64,000 bases of DNA from positions 194,866,001 through 194,930,000 of the forward strand of contig OZ024741.1 in the NCBI GenBank assembly GCA_964016885.1, given 5' to 3'. The translations under genes and the position numbers were made by a program. This document shows, one piece after another, positions 27,348 through 41,486 of the stretch. How positions within the stretch are numbered: the stretch's first letter is position 1; each line of letters begins with the position of its first letter. Under the pieces are notes generated by a model. The model searched no databases, was not told the origin of the DNA, and saw only the letters and a program-made list of their open reading frames with translations. This DNA is from Eledone cirrhosa. Lineage: Eukaryota.

Positions 27348-28152
27348 GAATATATATGAAATGCAACCGGTCCTGGCATTGTTAAATACGCCGGGTCCTT
27401 CAACTTATTTTGTACATAGCCATATATATATATATGGGTATGTGGAAAATAAGGAGTTTGTTTCGTGACAACGGGGCTTCGGATTTAGTCCCGCAGTATG
27501 AAATTTTGAACAAACATGCCTCGTGAGTGAAATTTGGTAGATGAAAGCTGTTTGGAAGCCCATCGAAAGGACTGTACCAGTAAGTCAAAGAGGAAACCTT
27601 GTCACACACGGCGACACGCTGAAACTCCCTGAGAATTAGGTGAAGGGTACACGTGCCAATAGAATGATCAGCCACTTACAAGTTAATTTCATGAGCAAAG
27701 CTGTTCCGTTGATCGAACGACTGGAAGACTCATCGTCGAAACCGACGGAAGTCCATTCCAGCAGTAGCATTAACTGTATTGCATCATACTCTATTCCCAG
27801 ATAACACACAAATAGCAGCAGCAGCAGCAGCAGCAGCGAAGTGAAGACGCATCAAGCTGGGATTGATTAAGAGAAAAAACAAAAACAAAAAAAAAACAAA
27901 AAAAAAACAAAACAAAAAAAAAAACAGTCGTAGTTTCCGTTTGCCGGATGGAGGAATGTAAGTATTAAGATTTCCAAGGTCGATGAAGATGAGAAGACAT
28001 TAGAGCACCGCCGAACTAAATACTTTACGTCACCTAATTTGGAATTTCCTTCTTTCCAATTTTATTTACATCCATCTTAGTTGTGAAAAACTCGGCTCGC
28101 TACGAGACGAAACTCTACAATACTAGAAATCTAGCAATGCTGCTGCTGCTGT

Positions 28153-28154
<2 letters not shown>

Positions 28155-28232
<78 letters not shown>
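28155..28232. repeat. (CTA)n microsatellite
   Basis: Seen directly. Confidence 0.98.
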
Positions 28233-28233
<1 letters not shown>

Positions 28234-29692
28234 AACAAACACATATATGTACATGTTTGTGTGTGAGAAAGTGTGTATGTGTTATAGTAGAAATAGGAGC
28301 AGAAAGATGGACGTAAAGTAAAATTCTAGCACTTATTCCTCTTATGTTATCCATGATTCAATAAACTAGATTCATTTTACTTGTCCACAACCCAAGCACC
28401 AGCACCATATTTTAAGTTCATCACATTCAGACAAAACCTAAGTTCCAAAGCGGTAGACCAGTATTTTCCAATATTTTCTCTTTCAAGAACCCATTTTGTT
28501 TAAAAGTATTTTCTCAGGATCCTTATTTTATTCTCACTGTACTCAAGAACATTGTGTCCGGTCAAAATAAATCATTACTTTCTTCGAAGTGTTCAATGTT
28601 GATAATGTAAGTGCTATTAGTCGGGAAGTAACACAGTTTAGTGTAAATTGTTTAATATATTATCTAACGAAGGCGGCAAAGGTAAGTGGTAATGTTACTG
28701 ATGTTGGTCAATACTTCTTTAATTTGTTTCAGACATCAAGACTAAGGCCTTGCTGTAGCACTCCCTTCAATAGTGAGCGGAGTTGGAAGATAAATTGAGA
28801 TGATATATACCTATATATATACAATGTATTTTCTCTGGCACTAACATAAAACATTCCTCACATATAGAAAACATAAATTCTGACTAATGTTTGTAATAAT
28901 AATCACATCAATAACAGCGGTGATAAAAAAACAGCTGAGGTGATTTTGTACTAAAACTCACAGAAACATACATTTAGCACTGACTATGACAAATTGAAAC
29001 CAGCTGTCTCTTCAGTATTTAATAAAATTCGGATATTCTGCTAATTTAACAGCAGCAATAACAATAACAAAAAAGTCTAACCGAGAACTTATGTTAAAAT
29101 TGACTTTTCTGGTAAGTGTGTGGATTAGTTAAATCGGTAATGTCGGACTTGTGGTATCTAGTTTCGTTCTATTATGTTTTGAATTCAAATCTCACCGAAA
29201 CTAACTTCACCTTTCCTTCGACAGGAGTCAATGAGTCAATTGCGGATTTGTGATACGCCATATTTTCAGTGAAACTAATACTGACTGGGTACATCAAAGA
29301 AAGGTGATTCTCTTGGTTCTCAAACTCGTGGAGGGAAATCATTTTCTAATATCTGAAAAATATGATTTCTTTAACTTCCTACATGATTATTGTCTTTAGG
29401 GTTTCATTTATACGTCTTTTAGTTTCCATGATTTTGTCAGAAGAAAGATACATAATATTAACGTGAAAGTGGCTGAATATTTTCATCTTGACAATTGCTC
29501 AAGATGCCACGTAGTGGTATAAAACTTAACCATTTGGTCATGTCCACGTCTCGCTCTCCCCCTCTCCCACCCTCTCTCTCTCCACACACAAAGATTAAAA
29601 CTAGAACATAGTTATAGCATTAATAATACATGCGTACATACATATATACACAGACAGTTTTGATTGAAAACTTGTTGTGTTTGTATGTGTGG

Positions 29693-29739
<47 letters not shown>

Positions 29740-29747
<8 letters not shown>

Positions 29748-30266
29748 CGTATTTAAGAAAGCCACAACAATGCAAAGGGAAATCTCGAGGTAGGAAGTGA
29801 AATATAGATAGGAAAAACAGGTGAAAGTGAAAATTGAGAGAGACAAAGATGAAAACAAAACAAAGGTAGAAGGGTTACCGTAGTAGAGATTTAATCCCAA
29901 TATTTCGGGCTCACGCCCATCAACGGGGGAGAAGTTCCAAAAGGGGGGAAACAGGCCAAGCGGAGAAAGTTGTGATGTCGCCTGTCTTAACGACATCACA
30001 ACTTTCTCCGCTTGGCCTGTTTCCCCCCTTTTGGAACTTCTCCCCCGTTGATGGGCGTGAGCCCGAAATATTGGGATTAAATCTCTACTACGGTAACCCT
30101 TCTACCTTTGTTTTGTTTTCATCTTTGTCTCTCTCAATTTTCACTTTCACCTGTTTTTCCTATCTATATTTCACTTCCTACCTCGAGATTTCCCTTTGCA
30201 TTGTTGTGGCTTTCTTAAATACGTATTTTTACACATTTCACAATGCTTCAAGCAAACTTTAACACC

Positions 30267-30270
<4 letters not shown>
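29740..30270 (+). mobile_element. PLE-type perfect palindrome with variant HHR in each arm
   Basis: 241-bp arms (29740-29980 / 29991-30231), 10-nt loop, 39-bp tail, (TA)n on both sides. TCCC-CCGTTGA-T-GGGC-GTGA-GCCC-GAAA-TA-TT-GGGA at 30041-30076. Confidence 0.75.
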
Positions 30271-30342
<72 letters not shown>

Positions 30343-30392
30343 TATACAATATTAAATAAATGGAAACTATATTTATAAAACCATATTTATTT

Positions 30393-30450
30393 CATTATAT
30401 ATATTTCAGGGATAACATATTAACAATATGCTATGCCTTCCTCAGACAAA
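30393..30450 (-). ncRNA. Hammerhead-like motif within a TA-flanked element (about 30345-30705)
   Basis: Minus strand reads TTGT-CTGAGGA-AGGCATAGCATATT-GTT-AATATGTTATCCCT-GAAA-TATAT-ATAA. The stem I/III register is imperfect. Confidence 0.6.
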
Positions 30451-30701
30451 ATACAATATAAACAGTTTTATAGATAAATAGATTCGACATACCGTAAACA
30501 ACATCTACTTGCATTTGAGAAGGTTGATTTGGTTGTGACAAAATTGTACACAGAGAGAAAGAAAGAGAGAGAGAAAGAGAGAAAAAGAGAGAAAAAAAGA
30601 AAAGAAAGACAGAAAACGAAGAGAAAGAAAAAGAAGAAATGCATGGAACAAAATAGAGAGATGGAAAGATAGATAAAGAGAAGAACTTCATGTAAAGAAA
30701 C

Positions 30702-30882
<181 letters not shown>

Positions 30883-31317
30883 CACACATATATTCCCTTT
30901 ATGGTAGATCACTTTATGAACATAAATTCAAATTCAAAATATGCAACAATAAAAATATTCATTTCTGTATGGAAAACATATTTATATCTTCAAATAAAAA
31001 AATAAAATCTGGCTTCATAAATAAAAAAAAAGAAATAGAATAAATGTTTTATCAAGAGAATCGGGTGAAAAAACTCGCCTGGAGATACAATGAATATTGG
31101 TTTTAAAACACCAAGATGTCACCTTCCTCCTCTTCCTCCCCCTCCTCTTTCTTCTTTCCCACCTTCTAAGAATGTATTACAATTTGAAGATGTCTTATTC
31201 TTCTTAATATAAACGTTATCTTAAGAAGAAGTATCAACTCATTTCAGAAATAGTTCAGGAACAAGATGAGAAAGTTAAAACACAGCAACAACGTTTTTAT
31301 CATTTCAGATAATAAAA

Positions 31318-31413
<96 letters not shown>

Positions 31414-31439
31414 GAAGTAATTCCGTCGGAAAAGTCCAT

Positions 31440-31494
31440 CATTCTGATGATTGAAAGCAAAATTTTTTTGCTTTTAAGAAACCACTGGTAAATG
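31440..31494 (+). ncRNA. Minimal type-I hammerhead ribozyme
   Basis: CATT-CTGATGA-TTGAAAGCAAAA-TTT-TTTTGCTTTTAA-GAAA-CCACTGG-TA-AATG: full core, GUA triplet and all three stems. Confidence 0.85.
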
Positions 31495-31522
31495 AAATAA
31501 TTGCCTTATGTTGTTTATTACA

Positions 31523-31563
<41 letters not shown>

Positions 31564-32009
31564 AGTGTAAGTTTCTACACAAAACGAAGGTTATAGAGAA
31601 AATTGAGGTTGGTAATGGCACATGGAATATATAAGAGACAGAATACTTTTTTGTGAAAAAACATATAATTTTATGGTTCCTCAAATATGAAGTAGACTTT
31701 AAAAGGACGCACCAAGCAGGTAACCCATTCATAAAGTATTTGAACATAACAAGAACTACAACAGACACATTTACACCACCAAACCCAACACACACTAACC
31801 ACAGGCACATCCCCCACCAACACAAACCAAATACGGCCAACTACACCAAAAGAAACACACCCAACCACCACAACACATACCACCCCACCCTCACATTCAC
31901 CCTCATGAAACAACAAGCTACAGACCCACACGCAACAGACCAACAAAATATAATCACACACAAAACTACATTCCGTTTTTAGGGAAAAGCCTGAAATACC
32001 AGGATACTC

Positions 32010-34287
32010 GTGCCCCCCCCCCCTCAGGAGAAACCAAAAATAATCAACCTCTCAAAGACACCTCTAACGAACACACAAATCAACATTTTAAGTAAGGGCC
32101 TGCAATTTACACCTACACCACGTAAACCAAACTTCCCCGAAATGAAGGATGACATCATAGAATTCTGTCGAAAGCTGCGACTAAGGGAATTCTTCCACAA
32201 CGACACCAACACTGAAGACGAATCACTGGTTAGAAATAAAAGCAATTTCTGCCCACAAAAGGGAAGAAATAAAGCACTGGATACGTACTGCGAACACATC
32301 ACCAACTTTCCTTATGAACAAATTACAAATAAACACACGAAATCAAACCTATCTACACACGAATGGGAAGAATTATTCACACTTAGAAACAACCCTGAGA
32401 TAACCATCAAAGAAGCCGATAAAGGCAGTATTGTTGTCATTATGAATACGGACTACTATAGGACCCTCGCACTTAACATTTTAGAAAACAACACATACTA
32501 TGAAAAAACAGAAAACTACAAACACACCAAAACAATGGGGAACCTTTTGACCTTACTGAATAAATACCGCAACAGCTTAACCACAAAAGAGTTTAACTAT
32601 ATAAGCCACTTCAAATGCAATACAAGCTCCTTTTACGGCTTACCGAAACTCCACAAATGTAAACCCATAAACGATGCATGTGATACCTCAACTAACAATT
32701 ACATTGAACTAACACCACCAGAAGACCTAAAACTCAGGCCAATTATAGCAGGCCCTACATGTGAAACCCACAGACTTAGCAACTTTCTGGACATCCTTCT
32801 GAAACCCTTTCTACAACATATACAGAGCTACATACGAGATGACCTTGACATGCTGAAACACCCCCCTAAAACAGCAAGTGCAAATACAATTCTTGTCTCC
32901 TTTGACGTAATGAACCTCTACACAAACATACCCCACAACTATGGAATAACAGCAGTCCAATACTGGCTTAACACACACCCATCAGAAATACCGACACGCA
33001 TCAACAAAGATTTTATCACTGACGGACTCCGCTTTATCCTACAAAATAACTACTTCACATTCAATGGTTCAACATACAGACAAGTATCAGGTACTGCAAT
33101 GGGCACGAAAGTAGCATCCACATATGCCAACCTAGTCATGGGATTCCATGAACAACAAATATACAGTCAGTCCCTTCTCTTATTTGGAGACTCTTTCCAC
33201 ACACACCTCAAAGCCAATTGGAAAAGATATCTAGACGACTGCTTTATCCTATGGCAAGAAGACATGAACTCACTTACTATGTTTAAAAACATGATAAACA
33301 ACATAGATAATAACATACAATTCACAATGGAATCCAATCCCAAGGAATTAGCCTTCTTGGATATTCTCATCTCTGTAATAGACGGGAAATTAGATACAGA
33401 TATATTCTATAAACCCACAGATTCCAAGCAATACCTCTTTTTCACATCAAGTCACCCAAAACATACAAAACTTAACATTCCTTACAATTTGGCCAAACGT
33501 ATATGTACCATAGTATCAGATCCACCTAAACGGGAGCAAAGACTAAAGGAACTAAAAGACACCCTTATCTTAAGAGCCTTTCCACTTGAAATAATCAACA
33601 ATGGAATAGACAGGGCAAAACACCTAAATCCCCATCAACTTAACAATCCAAAACAGAAAACCACACTCAACACCCTGCCATATGTATCCACTTTCAACCC
33701 CAGAAATACCGAAATGTTTGATCACCTACACAAAAACCTCCCCATCCTACTTAAAGATGTAAAAATGAAGTCTATTCTTGAAACACACAAGATCCTTAAA
33801 AGTAAAAGACAACCCAAATCACTAAAACCATTCTCACTGGACCAAATATACCCAAACCAATCCTCAACCCTACAGTTACCAAATGTGGTAGAACAAACTG
33901 TGGAACGTGCCTCTACCTCACTGAAGGACAAAAATTTACATTTAAAGATGGCCAAACATTTACAGTAAAAAACAATTTCAGCTGCAACTCGGAGAACTTG
34001 ATTTACGCAATAACTTGCGGTGGGTGCAAACACAACTACATAGGACAGACGGGCACTCATTACGCAAAAGAATGACCATCCACCGCCAACAAATCCGGGA
34101 CGCTAACACAAGAAAAATCCCCTTGAGCAGCCATATTGCGAACTGCGCAGGAATGACACTACCCAACTTTAAAATCTTCCCCTTCTACAAGTGCTCAGAT
34201 TCGTTCACACAACAACAAAGAATAAACAAAGAAAATCTATTCCTTAACAAATTTAAACCAAAACTAAACGGGTTATCACCCCAATAG
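32010..34287 (+). pseudogene. PLE reverse transcriptase plus GIY-YIG endonuclease, frameshifted
   Basis: KEADKG, FYGLPKLHK, RPIIAG, SFDVMNLYTNIP, GTAMG, RYLDDCF, FLDI, YKPTD..SSHP. After a frameshift near 33830: KCGRTNCGTC (Neptune-type Cys linker) and CNSENLIYAITCGGCKHNYIGQT..RMTIH. Confidence 0.92.
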
Positions 34288-34609
34288 AATTGTCATAAAA
34301 TATAAACACACATACACACGGAGTGACAGATATGTGTGTGTATGTGTGCATGTATATAACTATCACTACTATTAAAGATCAGAGACCAATTCTGTAAAAT
34401 CAGGTTTATTCGTTGACAGACCATGCCTTTGTGTGACCAACACATCCATGTTAAACCCTGCACGTGCACACACATATATCTATATATATATGCGCACACA
34501 GAATTCACCACTGTCGGTTGCGGGGCCCAATCTACATGAAGAACTCAATGTGATCAGAATGACTTGTATTTTAATTTCACTGTTCTAACTTCTTATATTA
34601 TGTAAAAAA

Positions 34610-35155
34610 TATATGTGTATGTATGTATATATATATATTTGGAGGCCATTTCTCTATGTGTGTGGGTGTATGTATGTGTATGTGTGTGTGTGTGTGTATG
34701 TGTGTGCATGTGGATGTATGTATGTGTATGTATGTGTGTGTGTGTGTATGTATGTGTGTATCTGGATGTATGTGTATGTATATATGTGTGTGTGTATATA
34801 TATGTGTGTATATATGTATATATATATGTGTGTGTGTGTGTGTGTTTGTGTATGTGTGTATGTATATATGTGTGTGTGTATGTATGTGTGTGTGTATATA
34901 TATATATATATGTGTATGTACATATATATATATGTGTATGTATGTGTGTGTGTGTGTGTATGTATGTGTGTATCTGGATGTATGTGTATGTATATATATA
35001 TGTGTGTGTGTGTGTGTGTATATATGTGTGTGTATGTGTATATATGTGTGTGTGTGTGTATGTGTGTATGTATATGTATGTGTGTGTGTATGTATGTGTG
35101 TGTATATATATATGTATATATATATGTATGTATATGTATATGTATGTGTGTGTGG
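34610..35155. repeat. Compound (TG/TA)n tract inside the PLE 3' UTR
   Basis: Seen directly. Confidence 0.95.
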
Positions 35156-35486
35156 ATGAGGGTATGTGTATATATAGGTATAAGTGCACTAAATCCCTTT
35201 CTATCACTCTCCCTTCTCCTACCGACCACATGGAGATATATGTATGTATATTGCTTTCACTCCCTCACTGACCAGCAGCTGGCCATCTGACCATTGCTAA
35301 ATCTGACCTTAAAAAAAACCACTCCCCACAAATAATTCCTCATTCACTACCAGAAAGGGACACACAGCAGTCAACTTGCTGCTACCAAGATGAAAACTAC
35401 TATGAAATCCCACACTGAATTTTATACTTGAATTTTCAAATCTCAAATTTTAACTCTTCTTATTATTAATTTTTCTTAATATTAAT

Positions 35487-35535
35487 CAACATTTGAAAAG
35501 ATGGCTTTTGCAGACCCATCGAAACCGGTCATTTT
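35487..35535 (+). ncRNA. Variant or degenerate hammerhead motif of the Neptune element
   Basis: AT-TTGAAAA-GATGG..CCATC-GAAA-CCGG-TC-AT. Palindromic stem III and GUC triplet, but the first core box deviates from CUGANGA and stem I is weak. Confidence 0.55.
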
Positions 35536-35631
35536 TTATACCCTTTATTCTTTCCTTACCTCATAAAATTATGTTTTTTCACAAAAAAGTATTCTGTATC
35601 TTATATATTCCATGTGCCATTACCAACCTCA

Positions 35632-35767
<136 letters not shown>

Positions 35768-35899
35768 GAAATCAACAAACAGATCTACCACTGGTTTTTC
35801 ACTAATTCGCTTACAAAAGGACATAAAAATAAATTATAGTTGCTTAACTGTCATCAATGCGAGACAACTGCTACCACACTAAGCAAAGATGATAGTAAT

Positions 35900-36560
35900 A
35901 TAGCAACCGGTAACATAAAAATGGATCATACACCGAATTTAACTAGTCACCATTCAACCAAACCTATCAATTCTTCTAAAACAGATATAGAAATTATTAT
36001 TAAAAATATACCATTCTAACAAGGAAACTCAGATCACACCTACCAATTTAGAATAATGCAAACTCAGTAATGCAATCCAAGATTAAAAAATACTATTTCT
36101 TCCAATTTGATATATCCCACCACGAAGTCACCGAATCTATTTTTATAGTAAGCTGCTCTTAACCAAGTAAAATCAATCACACCAACGAAGATCACAGCAA
36201 TTGATATTATCTTTGAAGCTGGCAATTATTTACCTTTCTCTGACACCTCGACAACTCCATTTAGATTAAAAAGCAAAAAAAAAAAAAAAAATGGCGTCAA
36301 AACGGTTTGAAAGGACTCTACTGACATCTGCGATATTTTTGAGTTATACGTTTTAAATGCTCTACATAACAGATTCGCATTTATCTCTAAAATATTATAT
36401 CGAGACGTTAGTCTGTTATAATTACCTAGCTTTACTACAGATATATTCCGTAAGATCCCCGATATCTAAATTTATTTTATTTCCCTCAATGTCAGTTCAG
36501 CTCATCTAAAAGTTATCAACTTTCTTGGTGTTACATTTAACCGAAAAAACTCTCAATATT
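35900..36560 (+). mobile_element. Very degenerate second PLE RT remnant
   Basis: Fragments read FFQFDI (about 36097), LYRD (about 36396) and KVINFLGVTFN (about 36509), in the order expected for PLE RT motifs. Confidence 0.4.
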
Positions 36561-37751
36561 AAATTAAAACAAAACTTCAATTTCTGCAAAGGTATCAAAA
36601 ATAGTGCCGGGGGGGGGGGTACCCCAGAGGAGCATTTTACTTACTAAATGCACACACGCTAGGATTTCATATACATACTACAGTGAGGTGAAAAAAACCC
36701 ACTAACTGGGATTATGCATGCAGATAGTGGACAAAAACACTATCTAGAGGTATTAAAAATCTAAGAACAACTAACAAGGGAGATAATTCTAATTAGATCA
36801 GACAATCGAACATTTTGGAAAATAAAGATGAGAGTGAATTTTGTCTAATCAAGGCATCTCAGTTAACTCAGAATATTACACAGTAAGTTTCATTATGAAT
36901 TTAGTTAAGAATGATGCTTGTGATTCTCCATGTTATCTACGAATGAATAAGTTTTCAACAATATAGTTACTATTATGAACCATTTCGCAGAAGTGTCTAC
37001 ATCTACACGGAAGAAGTACATATAATTAGAAGACAAATCTGATATAAATTAAGCGTAGAAAGAGATATGCAGTGTGATATTTTCTGCCCCAAAACCCGTA
37101 CAAACACGTTTTTGAACACAACGATCATATGTTTAAAAATTAATTTATCGAAATTCAAAACACAATCTTCCAGTCAGAATACATCTAAGTGTAATTGTAT
37201 TAATACCAGCAACTCTTCATTTGAAGAAAATTGCAATGCCAAAGAATTCGTCAACAACACCTCGACTTGAATTTCATACATAGCCTTAACGATCAATTTA
37301 TTTAAATAAAAAAGAATTGTATTGAGAAACACACTTTTAGAAACCAGATCAGAAAAGCTGTGATAACCATATCGGCCCATTTTCGGAATTTAATTTCAAA
37401 TGACATGTTATCTCATATAAAATGGGAATTCTATCTTTCACAAAATTTTACACTAATAATAAGTGTTGTCAGGCTATCGAATTTTATTTTCAAACCTCTC
37501 AACTATTTAATCGACACTCGAAATTAATCTCAATATGTGAACACGTGAATTTTAAACCAGTTATATATCAGAATAGGTAATAATTTAACGATCACACTTG
37601 AACATAGTTGTTTAGTAAGTTAATACACTTACACTAACCTTTATAGCTTATCATGTTTCTTTCCAATAAATCGACTGTGAATTTCACCTAACAGTAACGG
37701 CTCTTAAAATTATTATACCTTCGTAGTTTAATAAAGATATCATAGAAACTA

Positions 37752-40330
37752 CTAGCAGAGGCATCCGGCATTGTCCGGCGTTCCTTACATATTAGAAGAA
37801 AAAAGCAAAACATGTATAGAAATTTATTCTAAATTCCATTTATTATTCAATTGCGATACATGATGAAATCAATTTTGAATTCATAATTCAAAAATATAAT
37901 AAAAAATGAAAATACAAAATTTATCACTTTTATGAAGGGAGATAAATTCTATCACATTTGTTGAAGGAAATTACGTAAGAGCTTCTGGGTAAACAACATT
38001 CTTTGTTTTCTGGTTTGGAGCATAGGCTAATAAGTCTTGTAAACTACCCACCCTGGAGCAACCAACATAAAGTTGACCACGAGAAAAGCAAAGTTCAATT
38101 AAGTGCAAGCTAGTAGATTTCAAAGTCTGACCTTTAGACATTGCGAAGCAAAGTCACACTGGGAATTGTGTTCGTTTGAACTCAAATGGCATGTCTGTTG
38201 GTTTGATTGGAATTCTTGGAATGAAAACATCTTCCCCAGAAACACATCCAGGGATGATGGTAGCTTCTATCACATTAGGTGATAATGTCTTTACAATCAA
38301 CCTTCTCCCATTGCATAATTTAGGAGGATCTAAATGTCTTAGAAGCATTATTGGACTCCAAACTTCAAGAAAAGTTTATGTGGAGAAGTTCCAGGTGGCT
38401 CAAGAATTAAAGAACTCTGTTGGGTAGTGGACAGCTTGATTTTCATCAAGAACTGAATCAACTGATTTGGACTCCTTAATTACTATTGGAATCTTATTCA
38501 TTAGCTCATGAATAAGATTCCCTTGCTACTGTCTCATTTTGGGGGACAAGAAATGCCTTTTCATGCAACCATTTGTGTGAATTATAATTATTAAATCGGG
38601 AAATACCCTGTCCTTCAATTCAACTGGTAAATCCACCATGATAGCAATATAAGCCAAGTTGATATAACCATTCCCATCAATTGGTACTTTCCAATTTCCT
38701 AATTGAAGGAGTCGGGTTGAAAACTGTTCTGTACATTGGTCCCTGTGTAATAAAGCTCGCATGTTAGTATTGAAGGAGAATTTCTGTACATTATTCCATA
38801 GGCGCAAAGATTTAATGCATGTTTTTATTTCATCAGCTCTTGCTCCTCTGGGAATGACTAGTAATGTCTGTCTGAAGTCTCCTGATAAAACTAATGTAAC
38901 TCCTCCCATAGATGTATTGTTGCCTCTTATGTCCTATAAGGTCTTATCAAGAGTTTCCGGTGTACCTCTATGTGACATGGTGCATTCATCCCAAATGATC
39001 AAGTAGAATTGGCGCAACACTTCTGCTGAACCTGAGCCTTTGCTTATGTTAAAAATTGGACTGCCATTTGTGACCAGGTTTAGCGGTAATTTTAAAGCAG
39101 AATGAGCTGTTTGTCCTCCTGGGAGAAAGGTGGTAGCAATGCCAGACGATGCTACAGTGACTGCAATTCTTTTTTGTTGCTTTACCTTGGAGGGAAGCGA
39201 TGTTATTACAAATGCTTTACCTGTACCACCTGGGGGATCAAGAAAGAAAATTCCTCTGACTGACGAAATGATTTCATAATATATGCACAGCGTTGTTCTG
39301 AAATAAGTTTATGATCATGTTCATTCTCAAATGCAGCCGACTTTGTGATGTCATAATTTATCTCTCCTGCAAACTCTCTTGAAGTTAAACCACTAATTTG
39401 ACGGTTTGTTTTTGGCAGTCCAGAGCCAGACTCTTGCAAATTCTTAACCTCCCGTAGCCAAAATTAATCCTCAATTTCAATCAGTGCTTGATTGAATATT
39501 TCTTCAGAGAACTGAATATTTATACCTGGGTTTGCCTGCTGAACTGCATACTTTAAGTCCCCAGCCCTGTCCTCTTGATATTTCATCCAATGCTGTAGGG
39601 GACTGCCAATTTGGCACATGTTCAGCATAATGGCAAAAAGGTTACAGAGTTTCCTTGGAGAACCTGATACTGATGCTTCAATCAATGCAAGGTCCCAATG
39701 ATCATCATTTTCCTACAAACCCTTTTGACAGTATACTTCCATATAAGTTTCATACACATAGCTATTTACTCTCCTCAAATCTTGGAATGATTTGGGACTA
39801 CGTACTTCATGCAAAAGGATCAGTTGAATGATGGCTGAGTGTCTCTCATGAATAGGAAAATTGAAGATGCACCAAAAAGCCTCATTGTTAATGATGCATC
39901 TTCCTCACTCTGCAACTTCATTATTTTTGTTTATCTGCTGACTGCCATTCTGCATAAGAGTGTATGTTGCAGGATCTAAACCTTTGTTTTCATATTTACA
40001 AACATAATTAATAGACTTAACAGAGTTGCAGAATTCAACATTGATATGGGCTTTAAAGGTTTTTGTAAGAAGAGGACAGTAGGGTACAACTCACCAATTG
40101 TCAATGATGAATTCTTTCCTCATTTCTCATTTTTTTTCGAAGTCAATCTACCATGCCCAGAGTTTCTTCTCCTGTAAAGGAGTTAGCCATCTTCTCCAGT
40201 TTGGGATTCTCATACCGAGGGGCGTGGGTAGTTCTTGGTACACTTATCATCCCTCATGCATGGGAAGGATGGGTTAATTGAACCACTGAGGCCATGAATC
40301 ATCTGTGACTTGACAATTTCATGCAGCAAA
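37752..40330 (-). mobile_element. Decayed autonomous Helitron (Rep C-terminal part plus PIF1 helicase) with intact 3' end
   Basis: DPPGGTGKAF, GGVTLVLSGDFRQTL, MLLRHLDPPKLCNG, IPRIP..PFEFKRTQFPV and GQLYVGCSRVG. 3' hairpin CCGG..CCGG followed by CTAG|T at 37752. Confidence 0.88.
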
Positions 40331-40809
40331 AGATATTATGTAACCAAATCAAAATGTCCCCCCCCCCTCCCCTTCTTGTCTTGTTTTTTCTCCTTGGCAT
40401 CATATTTAAAAGCTATAATGGGGATTAAATAAGAAATGCATGAAAGTAACGTGAATATCTTCACCAGGGAGATCTAAATCAACGGCGAAGCTTACCTCAT
40501 TTAAGATGTCAGTGTAGACAGAAGGATAGAATCAGTGGATCTCAGTGTTATTGCACTTATTAGTATCACCTCACTTTGATAACACCAAATAGCTCTCTCT
40601 TTCTGTGGTAAAGTCCGTTTGTGCTGTAGTTAGTATCAACTAACTTCGCTTAACTTTATAAATTGATGTAAAAGACTTTATACAAGTTAATGCAACGTGG
40701 TTTAACTTCAACTGATTCTTTGATCCTAATGATATTGTGCTTTTATATTTTAAGTGACTCTAGTGGAACATCAAAGAAGTATCATAGTAACACACACACG
40801 TAGAAATAC

Positions 40810-40960
40810 ATATCTTCACTGACACACACATGTATCATCACTGATACACACATATACATAAACACATATATCTTCACTGACACCCACACATACACACAGA
40901 CACTCGTACCTTCACTGACACACATACACGCAAACACATATCTTCACTGACACATACATT
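40810..40960. repeat. Short minisatellite of TCTTCACTGACAC units separated by CA runs
   Basis: About five copies visible. Confidence 0.6.
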
Positions 40961-41302
40961 CATGGAGAAGCAAACATACAGCCTCTCTCTCACCCGCTAT
41001 CCCCTCTCTCTTTTAATTTCTTCTGCTCTCTCTGTCTCTTTCTCGTTCTGTGTTTTTCCCTCTCTCTCACACACATCTCACTTTGCCTTTCTATTACTTT
41101 CTCCCTCTTTTCTCCCCCTCTCCGTCATTCATTGGCATTGTGAAACAGATATACAAATTGCAAATATCACATAGATTAACATATACATGGCTGAGTATTC
41201 CACAGACATATGAACACAGCACAATTTTTAAGTCGAATTATTGAACGGCGATAGAGATGTGTTCACTCAACGTCTTTGAAAGACCGACATTATCTGTTGT
41301 AG

Positions 41303-41486
41303 GGCGGTGGATTGGCAGTATCGGTAGAGGGTCGGACGCCATGCTTTACAGTATAGTTACGTCCCTTTACAATCTGAGTTCAAATCCCGCCGAGGTTGAC
41401 TTTGCCTTTCATCCTTACGGGGTCGATAAAATAAAGTACCAGTAATGCACTGGGTAATTGCTGGCCTTGTGCCTAAAGTAGAAACA
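41303..41486 (+). mobile_element. SINE family A, full-length reference copy
   Basis: A-box-like TGGCAGTATCGG, B-box GAGTTCAAATCCC, exact 14-bp TSD ATTATCTGTTGTAG. Confidence 0.9.

Noticed and set aside
34536-34560. ATGAAGAAC resembling 5.8S rRNA, a snoRNA box C or a SECIS core
   Set aside because: No further rRNA similarity, no suitably placed box D, and the spacing is incompatible with SECIS. Kept only as an unexplained shared motif.
41303-41400. tRNA-like A and B boxes here and in other SINE heads
   Set aside because: No cloverleaf; these are dispersed repeats with TSDs, so SINEs and not tRNA genes.
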